Below, piece after piece: positions 1-15,636 of a stretch of DNA of 64,000 bases. A program made the translations under genes and the position numbers. The DNA comes from Eledone cirrhosa (Eukaryota), in contig OZ024743.1 in NCBI GenBank assembly GCA_964016885.1, positions 91,698,001 through 91,762,000 on the forward strand, written 5' to 3'. Within the stretch, counting starts at the first letter, position 1, and each line of letters opens with the position of its first letter. Below the pieces are notes generated by a model that worked only from the letters and a program-made list of their open reading frames with translations, was not told the origin of the DNA and searched no databases.

Positions 1-710
1 CGCCTACCCCGATGCAGCGCATCGGGCCTCTGTAGCATCAGTTCCCTCACCCCTGTAATTTTAAGATAGAATTGGCCGAATACGTTTCACTAACTACTTA
101 TAGCAGACGTGTTAAACCCCTTTAATTTTGTATCAGTTTTGTAATTTCTACAAGTTTTTTTTTCTATTCTCAACTTATTAACCTGTAATTGTAAGATAGC
201 ATTGTGATTTTTTAAATTCATTTCTCACTATCTAATTTTATATATATATTTTTTATTTCTTTCTATTATCTTTTATTGTCTCCTACTCTCATTCGATTTA
301 CCTGTTCTAGAACCTCCCTCCTCCACTTCATACACTATCCTTAGAATCTACTGTATACATATTACTTTCAACGCTTGACCGCTCCACTCACTCCCCTATT
401 GTTCTACAGACAAGTTCAGCCACCCCTACCTCCCACCAAATGCTATGATAGACTTACTTGTGTTTACAACAAATTTTAACCAATCCTCTTGACAACTACA
501 ATCTTCCCATATAAGGAAGTACCCACTTGACAAGTTCGGCTATTTATTCACCAGGCTAAAAATTCTAATTTTGTCCAGAAATAGCCGTCGAAACGGCTTG
601 AGCTCTGCCGTCGGGGTCATACTTTTTCCTATTTCTCACTCTACTACCCTAAGTATTGAGTACTCTGGTGCCTTATGGTCCATCTGGTTCCTTACCACAA
701 TTCCTTTGTT
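1..710 (+). mobile_element. 3' portion of a family A PLE-pLTR-like non-coding element, ending in (TA)n
   Basis: 571-710 matches copies at 14770-14901, 15923-16045 (-) and 24031-24121 (-); all end at the same point next to (TA)n. It contains a degenerate hammerhead. The left boundary is unknown. Confidence 0.6.
515..617 (+). ncRNA. Degenerate type I hammerhead ribozyme (family A)
   Basis: Stem I ACCCAC/GGGGU. Core reads UUGACAAG (527-534), consistent with a mutated CUGACGAG. Stem II CGGCUAUUU (537-545)/AAAUAGCCG (579-587). GAAA at 590-593. Stem III ACGGC/GCCGU. GUC site, cut after 612. Confidence 0.6.
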
Positions 711-859
711 ATATATATATATATATATATGCATGTGTGTGTCTGTGTATGTGTGTCTGTGTATATATATATATATATGTATATCTATATATATGGATGT
801 AATGGTGCATATTAAGAAGCTTTTAAGTAATCAATGTAAAAAAAGAGGCATTAAAGGCA

Positions 860-980
860 ACAATACGAACAGCAGCAGTAACAACAACAACATCACCACC
901 ACCACCACCACCAACAACAACATCACTAACAACAAATCTATAACAGCCACAACAATAACAACAACATCACCACCACCACC

Positions 981-1012
<32 letters not shown>

Positions 1013-1043
1013 CAACAGCCACAAGAATAACACCACCACCACC

Positions 1044-1075
<32 letters not shown>

Positions 1076-1138
1076 CAACATAACTAACAACAAATCTATA
1101 ACAGCCACAACAATAAAAACAACAACATCACCACCACC

Positions 1139-1169
<31 letters not shown>

Positions 1170-1490
1170 TCACTAACAACAAATCTATAACAGCCACAAC
1201 AATAACAACAACAACATCACTACCAACAAAATCTACAACAACAACAACAACATCACTAACAACAAATCTATAACAGCCACAACAATAACAACAACAACAA
1301 CACCACCACCACCACCACCACCACCAACAACAACATCACTAACAACAAATCTATAACAGCCACAACAATAACAACATCAACATCACTACCAACAAAATCT
1401 ACAACAACAACAACAACATCACTAACAACAAATCGATAACAGCCACAACAATAACAACAGCAATAACTATAACATAAACAATAACGACAA

Positions 1491-1552
<62 letters not shown>

Positions 1553-1835
1553 GGAATGGGAACTGGAACAGCATATAGAATATATAACAATGAATGGAAC
1601 AGCAGCAGCAGCAGCAACGACAACAACAGCAGCAGCAACAGCGACAACAGCAGCAGTAACAGTGACAGCAACAATAATAACAACAGTAGCATAACAACAA
1701 CAACATATACAAGAAAATCAACAGCAGCAGCAAAAACCAAACAACAAAAACAAAAATAACATTAAATTGCAAAAATAACAACTAAATATTCACTGAAACA
1801 TCATCATGAGCAACAACAACAAAAACAACAGCCAA
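860..1835. repeat. AAC/ACC/AGC triplet repeats with an embedded compound unit (aacatcactaacaacaaatctataacagccacaacaat)
   Basis: Read directly; the embedded unit recurs about 6 times at 915-1455. Confidence 0.9.
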
Positions 1836-2149
1836 ATTAGCAACGGCAAAATGGAAACTGATCAAAGCAATCAGAAGGGGAGAGCATCATGTTACAATAG
1901 GCATACATTTTAGAAGATCTCAGGGCATTTTCTACGTCTAAATTTTTTTTTTGTTTTTCTTTTTGTTTTTGTTTTTGTTTTTGTTTTTGTTTTTGTTTTT
2001 GCTGTCTATCTCTGTATGTATCTAACTCTAATTCCACCCTGACAGTTTAGCTGTCTGTCTCTCTACTTATTTAATTATTTCTCAGAATTTGGACAGCCTA
2101 TGTAGCTTTTAATCTCTAAAGAAAAATGCATTTATGTATTTATGAGCAT

Positions 2150-2920
<771 letters not shown>

Positions 2921-3229
2921 ATAAGAAGTCAGATTTGCAGCTTGTTATGAAACTTTATTGTATATACAATTGTTTCGATATCGATCAGCTCGGGTTTGAT
3001 CAGGCGGTCTTTCCATTCGGGCATTCCATTCGGGCATTCCATTCGGTCATTCCAATGAGAGTATCTTGGTGAACCTCTAAACTCTCCAGTCGAACTCTGT
3101 GTGTGTGTGAGTGTGATTTTGCAATCTAGTGGAAAGAGTTATTTAATGCAAAGTAGAAATTATATAGTTTTATTTTGACGGTAGGAGCGATAAAAAGAAC
3201 CCGCAAAATAAAAGAATTATATGTAAGCA

Positions 3230-3301
<72 letters not shown>

Positions 3302-3422
3302 CACATAAAAGATACGGGCATATACATCCAGTAACCACACACACATTAATGTATATATATTGTATAATTCACCATATATATCCCTGTGTATTATATTTGA
3401 AAACACACACAGAGGCACATGT

Positions 3423-3455
<33 letters not shown>

Positions 3456-3457
3456 CA

Positions 3458-3506
<49 letters not shown>

Positions 3507-3962
3507 CGCACACACACACACACACATATATATATATGTGTGTGTGTGTGTGTATGTGTGCGTATATATATATATACATATATATATATGCATATGTATA
3601 GCTACACATTTTTATGTTGAGTCCATATGTGCATGCGTATGCATGTGCGAGAGAGAGAGAGAGAGGGGGGGGGGAGAAAGGGGAGGTGATATATATATAT
3701 ATAGAGAGAGGGGGGGTGATAGAGTGAGAGAGCGACAGATGACATAGAGAGACAGAGAGACAGACAAACAGAGAGAGATATATAGAGAAAGACAAACAGC
3801 TAGACAGAATCAGAGACAGGGACAGACGAACAACAAAGAAAACTTCAAAAATGTGTCGTTATAGCGAAATAAATTGTCAATCCCTTGCGGCCATTTTGTT
3901 TATGGGAAGCCATTGATATTGTTTCGTTACAATGGCTACAATGTACACTATCCCCATTTATA

Positions 3963-4013
<51 letters not shown>

Positions 4014-4133
4014 GTTATATTTATACTTTACACACACACATATATATATATACTTTATACTTATACTTTATATATATTTATACATATATACTTTATACAT
4101 GTACTTTATACACACACACACACACACACACAC

Positions 4134-4198
<65 letters not shown>

Positions 4199-4208
4199 AA
4201 ACACACAA

Positions 4209-4241
<33 letters not shown>

Positions 4242-4249
4242 CTTACAAA

Positions 4250-4460
4250 CGCCTAGTAGGAAAGGTTTTCGCCTCATAATCGATGTTCAATTCCTGAGCC
4301 AGTACGTTGGCTCCGAGATCATGGAAATTTATTTTACGTTGCTTCGGTCAAGCAAGTTGCAAAAAATTAGATGTATCTTTAATTCAAATGGCTATTCTTG
4401 TGACACACTGAAAGATGCAGCATCTCTTTGAAAAACCACGTTAAAGGTACAAGTGTTTGA
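4250..4460 (+). mobile_element. Degenerate tRNA-derived SINE
   Basis: Box-B-like gttcaattcc followed by tttattttacgttgct, a segment shared with the SINE at 28790. Confidence 0.45.
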
Positions 4461-4970
4461 AATTCTCAGCCATTTATAGGTTAAATTCTCAACCATTTGT
4501 AGGTTAAATTCTCAGCCATTTGTAGGTTAAATTCTCAGCCATTTGTAGGTTAAATTCTCAGCCATTTGTAGGTTAAATTCTCAACCATTTGTAGGTTAAA
4601 TTCTCAGCCATTTGTAGGTTAAATTCTCAGCCATTTGTAGGTTAAATTCTCAACCATTTGTAGGTTAAATTCTCAACCATTTGTAGGTTAAATTCTCAGC
4701 CATTTGTAGGTTAAATTCTCAGCCATTTGTAGGTTAAATTCTCAGCCATTTGTAGGTTAAATTCTCAGCCATTTGTAGGTTAAATTCTCAGCCATTTGTA
4801 GGTTAAATTCTCAACCATTTGTAGGTTAAATTCTCAGCCATTTGTAGGTTAAATTCTCAACCATTTGTAGGTTAAATTCTCAGCCATTTGTAGGTTAAAT
4901 TCTCAGCCATTTGTAGGTTAAATTCTCAGCCATCTGTAGGTTAAATTCTCAGCCATTTTTAGGTTAAATT
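4461..4970. repeat. 23-bp minisatellite (aaattctcagccatttgtaggtt), about 22 copies
   Basis: Near-identical head-to-tail units with an a/g variant and no spacers. Confidence 0.95.
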
Positions 4971-5102
4971 CACGGGAAAGCTGTTTCTTTGATGAAATAT
5001 CTGGAACAATCATCATTGGAACCGGCGAAGGCCCAACACACATACACATCTGTACATGCATGCATACATATATAGATATATAAATTCATGTTCAAATGCA
5101 CA

Positions 5103-5172
<70 letters not shown>

Positions 5173-5256
5173 CATAGATACATACACACACACAGACTGC
5201 AGAAACACACGCACAGACACATATTATGGGACTACGTGTGTCTAGATACACACATA

Positions 5257-5433
5257 CAGCGGTGTTGGATAACATATTACCTGGAAGAACAGAGATCAGG
5301 GGCTAGATGTGACTTGGCTGGCTGGAAGGGAGAGACGATAGGAAGGAGGAATAAGGATGGATGAAAGCGTACAGGTCACAAGCAATAATATATGCTCATC
5401 AGGTCTCAACATCCAACAGTTTCGACGAATTAA

Positions 5434-5437
<4 letters not shown>
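5257..5437 (-). mobile_element. Interspersed repeat family C, abutting (TA)n
   Basis: Reverse complement aligns with 9100-9280; both share the end tcattaattcgtcgaaac next to a TA tract. Strand is relative to the 9100 copy. Confidence 0.65.
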
Positions 5438-5495
<58 letters not shown>

Positions 5496-6112
5496 ATATG
5501 GGTGAGAAGAATACTGCTGGTTGCACATGGATAACATGTTATAAAATGAGTCCCTCATCAGTGATTTACCAAACGATCATGGGTATTTCATCGCATTAAA
5601 AATCATATACCTCACGTTGGAGCGATAATAACTAAAATAAGTTATTAGGACAATAGAAACGCGTAAAGCGAGTGAGACAAGTAACAACACAGGGGGAAGC
5701 TAACCGAAGATGGAAATAAACACAAGCAACATAGTTATTCTTTCAGCATAAGCTGTGTGAATATATGAGCGAGTCAGTAACAGACCTTTCGCTAGTGAAT
5801 CCGGTGTTTGAAAGAATGAAAACCGTTTTCCCAGCGAACGGGAGGAAGAAAGAAGGGGAGAAACAGGGACTGAGTGAGTGGGAGTGCGAGGAAGAGGTCA
5901 GTAGAGAGAAAGAGTTAACTGACATGGCAGAGGGGACGAAAAAATATATATATATATATTTATATATATTTATATATATATATATATATCTATAGTAATA
6001 TCTATAGTATATATCTATAGATATATATATATTATATATATATATATCTATAGTAAGTAAAGTCAATTTTTTAAAATTTATTTTGAAACTTTTTCATTAT
6101 TTGCTAAACCTG

Positions 6113-6212
<100 letters not shown>

Positions 6213-6218
6213 TATATA

Positions 6219-6336
<118 letters not shown>

Positions 6337-6426
6337 GATACATACACACAAACAGAAGCACAATTTAGTATAGCTAGATCTAAACTTAGAAATATTATAG
6401 AACAGTATAGCAAGGAGCAAAATAGA

Positions 6427-8600
6427 ATGGAGGCCCAGCAAGTGGGAGAAAAATCTGCAAATGGCTTGCATAAGCTCATGCAGCGCTCGCGTAATGGAGA
6501 GATTGCATGCTTTCCAACAGACAAGTCTGGCAGAATGTCGGTTGACAGTGTGTCAAACTACATCCAGGCAATGCAACCCCACATCACTAACACAAGAGAA
6601 GTAACACCATAAGAGCATGAGGATAGGGAGAAGGCCCTCAATGCTCATATGATGATGTGGACAAACATAATGCAGCCCAATAAACGGACTGCCAACAACT
6701 TCCAGGCCTGGAACAATGACGTGGCAGCGTTGTATGGGCTTCGAAAAGACCATAAGACGAACAGTGACCCAGTCACAGAACCACGAACACGGCCCGTCTG
6801 TGGAGCTAACATTGCTAGTAACTACAGACTTTCCTACTTTTTCTCCCTGATCGTACGCCCCATCATTGAAATGTCCCCAGATATATGTGACAGCACGGAG
6901 GACCTCCTCAGCAGAATCAGCGAAAATAACCGATCTAGGGAGCTAACAGACTGTATAATAGGTAGTATGGATGTTGTGTCCCTATATCCATCCATTGACG
7001 TGGATTTTGCTGTGGAGAAATGCGTAGGATTCCGTGGGATTGATACCAGTGAGCTGAGACTCCTACTTAAACTTACCTATAGTAATGATTATCTAGATAC
7101 ATATGACCTTAGCAACCTGTGCCCTACAAGACCAGCAAGAAGCAGACCACCTACCATTACCTCAATGGCCAAGAAAACCCACACAGAAAGATAGAACGAG
7201 TGGACCAGAGCCATACGGACCCCGAAAACCACGATGAACTAAAGAAAATGATTGCACATGCGGTGGGGGCCAGTATAAAATTAACCCTTAAGGAACATAT
7301 GTTAAAATTTAATGGAAAAACATATGCCCAAGAGGAGGGAGCAGCCATTGGTGTTAGCATTGCAGGTGACATAGCTAACCTATACATGGTATGGTGGGAC
7401 AATAAACTTAAACCTAAACTTAAAGAACAATTAGAACACAGAAACCCCATAACCCTAATAATGTACTCCCGCTACGTTGATGATATAAACGTCGTAGTAA
7501 AAACACCCCACTAGAGAACAGTCAGGATTTAGAGAAAAACACCATGGAAAGCATCCAGCAAATAGCTAACTCAATCCACCAGAGTATTAGAGTTACTATA
7601 GACTACCCAAGCAAACATCCCAACCATCGATTACCTGTACTAGACACAGAGCTCTGGTTAGAAACCATTAATAACAAAAAACAAATCCTCCATTCCCATT
7701 ATGCCAAATCCATGACTTCCAAATATCTGATCCACCTAAACTCAGCTGTTTCGGATCACACCAAAATCAACATACTGATTGCGGATTTGGTACGGGTGAT
7801 GAGAAACGTGTCCCGCATGAGCAAGCCCAAAGAACTAGAGAGACACATACATCACTTCATCCACCGTATGCAGTTCTCTGGTTACAATCAGAGAGATAAA
7901 ATCAGAGTATATAGAGAAGCCAGAACCAAATGGGAAAAAATGGTAAATAATGATACAAATGGGACCTGCCCCTTGTATAGGAGTAAATTTTGGAATAGAA
8001 TAGAAAGAACTAGGAATAAGGTTAATAGAATAAACTCATGGTATGATAGCAATAAATACCAGAGTGTAATGTTAATCAATACAACCCCTAGAGGTGAATT
8101 AGCTTACAAATTTAGAAGGGCCATAGATAAATATAAACTTAATATTAAGATAGTAGAAAGACCAGGTACCTCCATAAAAACACTTATTAGCAATACATAC
8201 CCTTTTCAAAGACCTCCCTGTATAGATAAGAAATGCATAATCTGTAAACTAAGCCCCCATATTAACTGTAAAACTAGAAATGTAGTATATAACATAAGAT
8301 GTACTGAAGGACAATGTAAAGATAAGAATATAGTGTACATAGGTGAGACAGCTCGTATTATAGGAGAACTGTTAAATGAACACTGGCGAGAACTTCAAGA
8401 TAAAAAAGAATCATCAATACTCCACCAACATGCTAAATTAGAACATAAGGGCAAATTAGAGAACATAAAATAAAGATAGAATCTACACACAGAAAAGACG
8501 CAATGTTTAGACAAATCACAGAGGCAATAAACATAAATGAACTCCAACCAAAATTAAATAGAAAACATGAATGGAATATGAACATCACAATGAAATGAAC
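6427..8600 (+). pseudogene. PLE reverse transcriptase + GIY-YIG endonuclease with stops and frameshifts
   Basis: Motifs PTDKSG, LYGLRKDHK, RPVCG, SMDVVSLYPSI, GAAIGVSIAGDIANLYM, YSRYVDDI, LPVLD, CxxxxCxxC and NVVYNIRC...VYIGETAR, split over ORFs 6427, 6649, 7119 and 7544. Confidence 0.9.
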
Positions 8601-8814
8601 ATCACAACTTACAATTAAGGACAAAATGAAAACACACACACATAGAACAAACAACCAACCAGTAACATGTAAATAAACAAATAAATAAACAAATAAAAAC
8701 ACACACAGACACCCGGATGTAACACATGCGCAAACTAAGCACACAACACACACAAAAACAAGATGACGTAGGACAGAACAAAGGAGAGGCACAAAACAAA
8801 GAAAAGAATCCCCA

Positions 8815-8857
8815 GTCACTGAAGTGGTCACAGAATTTGTGACGAAAGAACTTTGAC
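8815..8857 (+). ncRNA. Minimal PLE hammerhead ribozyme with a mutated core
   Basis: GUCA-CUGAAGUG-GUCACAG aau UUGUGAC-GAAA-GAAC-UU-UGAC. Stem I GUCA/UGAC; A9 is altered. Homologous position to the motif at 24483. Confidence 0.65.
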
Positions 8858-9099
8858 AATATATGAACAACCGTCCGGTTATAGAAGCAACCAACCAACC
8901 GGAAATTTATAAATTCTTAAATTTATAAATTTAATTTATAATAAATTGGAGTGAAAGCAACTGGTGCGTGTGTTTCTTATTGGCAACATGACCCTCCCAA
9001 AGTATAACAATATCGGTTTCAACACACGTTTCAGATAAAGAATCTTGCTAAACAAATTCAGAAACGAAATATATATATGCACATATATATATATATGTC

Positions 9100-9350
9100 T
9101 CATTAATTCGTCGAAACTGTTGGATGTTGAGACCTGACAAGCATATAGTATTGCTTGTGACCTGTACGCTTTCATCCATCCATTTTCCTCCTTCCTATCT
9201 TCTCTTCCTTCCTTCCAGTCAACTCACATCTAGCGGCAGATCGCTGTCCTTCCAGGTAATATTTCATCCAACGCCGCTTCGACGGTATTTTGCTGTTCTA
9301 ACAGCTTCCATACGCCGAGTTCTACCATTTTTCCTGTGATTCCTATACAC
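9100..9350 (+). mobile_element. Interspersed repeat family C, second copy
   Basis: Aligns with 5257-5437 in the opposite orientation. Confidence 0.65.
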
Positions 9351-9462
9351 TCGCGTTTCAAAACTCTAATTTCGAGTTAAATTTGTATATACATATGTAT
9401 AAATATATATATATATACTTTATAAATATATGTATGCATATATATATATATATGCGTACATA

Positions 9463-9556
<94 letters not shown>

Positions 9557-9697
9557 CATGTATGTATGCATGTATGTATATATATATATATACATATATA
9601 TATATACACACACACATTATATATATATATATATATATATATTGATGGCGCACTATCTCTCTTTAGTGTGTTACCTTTTCAACATATTGTATTTGTA

Positions 9698-9767
<70 letters not shown>

Positions 9768-10115
9768 TATGTATATAATATATATATATGTATCTGTCAT
9801 ATACATTCGCAATACTTAATCATGAAAAGAATGAATCATACCTGGTAGGAAATCAGAACTCAGTCTCTTTAACCCCTCCCCCTACCCCCTTTACTATGTA
9901 TTGTTGTTTATGATTTTGTTATGATTTTATGTATTTTTACCTTAAATCTTCACCAAAATTTCTGACGCCTCCCATCCAGGTTCCATTTAATATTTACATA
10001 TCTAAGTTGCGTCACAAGGCACGATGACTCATCGCACAATTTTTACCTTTACTTACCTGTCGTTGTTATCGAATGAGCTTCAACATAAAAGCTCCTTTTC
10101 ATCTCTCTCTCACTC

Positions 10116-10168
<53 letters not shown>

Positions 10169-10391
10169 TCTCTCTCTCCTCTCTCTCTCCTCATATATAT
10201 ATATATATAGTTCTTTCGTTACTTTGGTATTGTGTGTTAGATTTTGCCTACCACAATGTTCAATTTGTCAGGCTATTTAAACGTATGTTATTACTCTAAG
10301 GACCTACCTTGTCGAGTGCTTTGCTAACTCATTCATATCGTAGGTCGAATTTGCTTGCACACCGCCAAAGATTCGATTTTACTAAGCCTCC

Positions 10392-10442
<51 letters not shown>

Positions 10443-10480
10443 CATGCATACATACATACATACATACATACATACATACA

Positions 10481-10516
<36 letters not shown>

Positions 10517-10667
10517 TGTATATATATATATAGATACATACATTTTGAGTATATGATTCCAGTTCCTCAGAGAAATAACAACCCAACCAGGAGCTGGACA
10601 TATCGGAGTATTGACGGAGTAAAACACTTCAACAATATGTGTACCTGTCTCTACCACACCAATACGG

Positions 10668-10722
10668 ACTGCCTGAAGAGGTCACAGCCAATGATGGCTG
10701 TCACCGAAATATATATAGCAGT
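10668..10722 (+). ncRNA. Type I hammerhead ribozyme with intact core
   Basis: ACUGC-CUGAAGA-GGU c ACAGCCA auga UGGCUGU c ACC-GAAA-UAUAUA-UA-GCAGU. Palindromic stem III AUAUAUAU; cut after 10717. Lies in a ~240-nt insert (10545-10785) between microsatellites. Confidence 0.88.
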
Positions 10723-10785
10723 ACATCTTTAATAAACGAAGCCAAATTTTAAATATTTGACTTAATTATTTTATTTTATAGATAC

Positions 10786-10884
<99 letters not shown>

Positions 10885-11289
10885 CTCTTTCTTTCTCTAG
10901 AATGGTTTATGATCCTACATAGATATCACCATTTATTATGGGGAATTATGATTACAGTTTGATAAGTTTTACTATTCATTTTCCTAATTTTATGACTAAA
11001 CTCTATGAAAATGGTCTTTCTCTTTTGCGTTTTAAAATTTGACCCATAATATAATTTTTAGGACATCACATCCTTTATTTTACAGTAATAATATACAGAA
11101 TGACATGGTTCTATTTTGGATTACCTCACTGCCTATAGGAATTATTAATAAAATCTTAATTGTTTATTTGTATTTGAATTCTTATTATAAGAAAATAATT
11201 GCAATCTGATTGTTATTTTCTTATTCTTTAAAAATATATATTTTTTATAGATTTTTAGATAATTTTTTTATATTTTTACTCTTATCATA

Positions 11290-11802
11290 TCTTTTGACTC
11301 GAAAAAGCGATTATAAGTTATGTTTTTAAAATATGAGTGAAAGTGACGTCTGAACGAGTATCCTGCACTTTCAACTAACTTACCCACCGCCTCTGGGTCC
11401 CGGTCGACAGGATGGAGAATACATTGCCCCGGAGAACGGCAAGGGAGACGCGCTGAACCACCACTCCACTTCACGGGACTCGCACCTGTGGGCAACCAAC
11501 TCCGCTACGATAGCAGTGAGCAGGGATGTGGTCCGGGGGTTAAGATTGCCGGAAGTCTTCTTTGCTACAAGCTCTACCACAAACCTATCTGAGAGCGGCC
11601 GATACTTGAACAATTTGCCCTCTTCGGCTTGGCGGGCAGGAGAGCCTGGGCTGGTAGCCGAACGTACCAGGTTGCCACTTGAGTAGGTGTCACAGTATGA
11701 ACTGAACTGTCACACGCGGAACTGGAAGATTGTCATGCCATCTGGAAGTTTGCCGTCCCCTCGGTCCAGCCTTGCTGGCTCGAGCTGCGCCGTCCAGGCC
11801 AT
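11290..11802 (-). mobile_element. CRE-clade non-LTR retrotransposon 3' fragment (RLE endonuclease region)
   Basis: GC-rich island. Translation gives EPARLDRGDGKLPDGMT...AEEGKLFKYRPL, then after a frameshift QRVSLAVLRGN, typical of the CRE C-terminus. Confidence 0.8.
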
Positions 11803-12233
11803 GAATTTAATTCTCAGCTAGTACTTGCGGTACTCAGTGTACTAGAAATATTAATAGGATTTATGTTTTATCTCCGAAAATGATTATTAATTTTATTTCT
11901 TAATATTTAATAATCTTTAATTCTAATACATTTCTAATTTATATTTGTTCTTATTAAATTTTTCCTAAAAGTTCAATAACATAAAAACGATCTAATTCTC
12001 TCATAAATTGATCGACATTAAACTGTAATAACTAAAGATTAATTCCTCTAGGAACATTATCTAAAGTGTATTGGTGATTTCTGAAATGCCCTGCGATATC
12101 CCACATATTGTTTTAAAATATTAACTCTTGGTCGTCTATATAAGTAAAACCTTTCACCCCTACTCCTTAATTTATATATTTAATTATAATTCTACAAGTT
12201 ACAGTCAAGACTTTTATCAGAGAGAGATAGAGA

Positions 12234-12291
<58 letters not shown>

Positions 12292-12359
12292 TTTGTTTAA
12301 CTTAAATCAACACAACACAAAACTCTAGATTTAATATTATTATTTTCTTAGAAAGGACA

Positions 12360-13221
12360 GTGGATTGGCAGTGTCAGTAGAGCGTCTGACAATATGCTTT
12401 GCGGAATAGAGTTACATCCCCTTTACGTTCTGAGTTCAAATCCAGCCGAGGTTAGCTTTGCCTTTGATCCTTAAGGGTTCGATAACCAGCAACAAATCAG
12501 AAATGATTATTTACTTAGTTTATCGTAATTCACTAATCTAATATTGTAGGTGTGCTTGTTATTCTAATAATTGTTTCTACTTTAGGCACAAGGCCAGCAA
12601 TTACCCAGCACATTACTGGTACTTTATTTTATCGACCCCGTAAGGATGAAAGGCAAAGTTAACCTCGGCGGGATTTAAACTCAGATCATAAAGGGACGTA
12701 ACTCTATGCTAGAAAGCATGGCGTCCAACCCTCTACCGATACTGCCAATCAATTCTAATAATAATATAATATGCTATATATAAAATGTTATGCATTCTCT
12801 TTCTCTCTTTTTCTCTCTAAATCTTACAGCTAAATATAATAACAGTTTCTACTTTAGGCACAAGGTCAGCAATTACCCAGTGCATTACTGGTACTTTATT
12901 TTATCGACCCCGTAAGGATGAGAAGCAAAGCTAACCTCGGCGGGATTTGAACTCAGAATGGCAAGGGCCGTAACTCTATGCCTCAAAGCATGGCGTCCGA
13001 CCCTCCACCAATACTGCCAATCCACAGGTAAATATAATAACTCTTTCTACTTTAGGCACAAGGCCAGCAATTACCCAGTGCATTACTGGTACTTTATTTT
13101 ATCGACCCCGTAAGGATGAAAGGCAAAGTCAACCTCGGCGGGATTTGAACTCAGATCGTAAAGGGACGTAACTATGCTGGAAAGCATGGCGTCCGACCCT
13201 CTACCGATACTGCCAATCCAC
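12360..13221. mobile_element. Cluster of four tRNA-derived SINE family 1 copies: 12360-12486 (+), 12565-12750 (-), 12838-13025 (-), 13043-13221 (-)
   Basis: Box A tggcagtatcgg, box B gagttcaaatcc, core gcctttcatccttacggggtcgataaaat, tail gccttgtgcctaaagtagaaac. Confidence 0.9.
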
Positions 13222-13260
13222 GTTGTGATATATGCATAGTATGTGAATAGAACGTTCATT

Positions 13261-13305
<45 letters not shown>

Positions 13306-13390
13306 TATGCATATATATATATATATATACATATATATACATATACATATATATATATATATATACATATATATACATATACATATACAT

Positions 13391-13452
<62 letters not shown>

Positions 13453-13467
13453 ATATATACATATACA

Positions 13468-13514
<47 letters not shown>

Positions 13515-13535
13515 TATATATATATGTATATGTAT

Positions 13536-13581
<46 letters not shown>

Positions 13582-13588
13582 GTATATT

Positions 13589-13623
<35 letters not shown>

Positions 13624-14509
13624 ACATACATATATATACGAATACAATATAAACCCATGCATGTATATCCGTGTATGTATATATATATATATATATACCT
13701 ACATGTGTGTATGTTTGTATGTATTAATATACAGATATATGCGTGTGTATGTATGTTAGTTTTTGTGTATATATATTGCAGTTTCACAACTTCATGTCGA
13801 TATGATATAGCTGCAGCACAACACCTGCCTGAGGATGACAACAATAGCACAACACCACGCCACACCACACCACGCCAGGCCACACCACACAACGCAACAC
13901 AACATGTCAACGCCCGGCGCCAAATCTATCGCCGAGCCTTACACGTCGTCAGTTCTTGCCTTCATATATAACGACATGAAACAATGTCTGCAAGGCACAA
14001 GCTGTTATCACGTCTGGCTTTAGCTTTCGTTTTGATTACCTGTCATAGGCAGCAGTACGGAGAGGGGGGAGGAGAGGGGAGAGAGGGAGGGGGAGATGAG
14101 AGGGAGAGAGAGTGGTGGGTAGAGAAAGATAGGGTTGAGAGAGAGAGGGGGGGGGGGGGGGGGCGATATAGAGTAGAGAGGGAGAGAGAGAGAGAGAGCG
14201 AAAGAGTGTGAATGTGTGCATGTATGTTTGCGTGCGGTGTTTATATATCAATGTGCAAAGAAGGAAGAAGATGGATGAGGTGTTATAGAAAATGCAGACG
14301 GCTTACGTGTAATATACAAAAGGTGTCCCCCAAAAATGTATACATACTTTGATTACCTGTACAGGCAATATTTATTAGAATGCTGTTGAAGTGTGCATAC
14401 ATTTCTTTGGGACACACACACACATACACACAAACAAACAAACACATACACACAGGCACACCCATGTATAAGCATGCATATATATATGTGCATGTGTGTG
14501 TGTATGTGC

Positions 14510-14544
<35 letters not shown>

Positions 14545-14546
14545 TG

Positions 14547-14601
<55 letters not shown>

Positions 14602-14627
14602 ATGTATGTATGTATATATATATATAT

Positions 14628-14708
<81 letters not shown>

Positions 14709-14712
<4 letters not shown>

Positions 14713-14899
14713 AACGAGTAGGACCCCGACGGCTGAGCTCAAGCCGTTTCGAAGGCTAATTCTGGACTGAATTAGCCGTCGAAACGGCTTGAGCTCAGCC
14801 GTCGGACCCCTACTCGTTCCTATTACCCACTCTACTACCCTAAGTATTGAGTACTTTGGTACGTTATGGTCCACCTGGTTCCTTACCACATTTCCTTCG

Positions 14900-14901
<2 letters not shown>
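14709..14901. mobile_element. Family A element in fold-back form, with two half-hammerheads
   Basis: Inverted arms 14709-14762 and 14769-14822 around tggact. Each arm carries GAAA-CGGC...GCCG-UC. (TA)n on both sides. Confidence 0.8.
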
Positions 14902-14985
<84 letters not shown>

Positions 14986-15317
14986 AGAAAAAGGTGCGAA
15001 GCTGATAGAATTAAAATGGAAGGAGATATTGATGATAAAGTTTTTATATTTTCATGTTTGGGGATTAAAGGGGGCGTGGGTGGTGGGTGGGTTGTAGTGT
15101 AAGTGTATATGATCGTGTGTTTATATGTGTAAAAGTGAGGGACTGAGTATGAGTGTTGGGAAGGAGTGGGGCGTCAGGGAAGAAAGAAAGAAAGAAAAGA
15201 AAAGAAAGAAAAGAAAGAAAAGAAAGAAAAGAAAGAAAAGAAAGAAAAGAAAGAAAAGAAAGAAAAGAAAGAAAGAAATGAAGAAAGAAAGAGAGAAAGA
15301 AAGAGAGGAAGATAGAG

Positions 15318-15356
<39 letters not shown>

Positions 15357-15452
15357 GGAGAAGTGAAAGCCTAAGAAAAGAGAAAAAGCCTATGTATGTC
15401 AATAAAACTGATCGAAGAAGGAATATTTAGAACAAAGATGCGTGTGTGTGTG

Positions 15453-15486
<34 letters not shown>

Positions 15487-15566
15487 TTTATGTGCGTGTG
15501 TAAGAGAGAGCCAGAGTAAAAGAGATAGATAGAGAGAAAAAGAAAGAAAGAAAGAAAGAAAGAAAG

Positions 15567-15636
<70 letters not shown>

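Noticed and set aside
2955-3005. Half hammerheads (GAAA + stem III-like sequence) at ~2970 (-), ~5656 (+), ~22115 (-) and ~31630 (-)
   Set aside because: No CUGANGA or stem I partner; possibly truncated relics but not supportable.
4461-4970. CRISPR-like arrays (also 29068-29552 and 52768-53380)
   Set aside because: Units are contiguous with no unique spacers, no cas genes are present, and the context is eukaryotic.
5385-5437. Hammerhead in family C (GAAA...CUGAUGA on the minus strand)
   Set aside because: I could not form stems I and II in any topology.
10709-10717. Idea that cleavage leaves a (UA)n 3' end that primes insertion at (TA)n
   Set aside because: The elements extend 60-200 nt past the cleavage site before the TA tract, so insertion ends do not match the cut.
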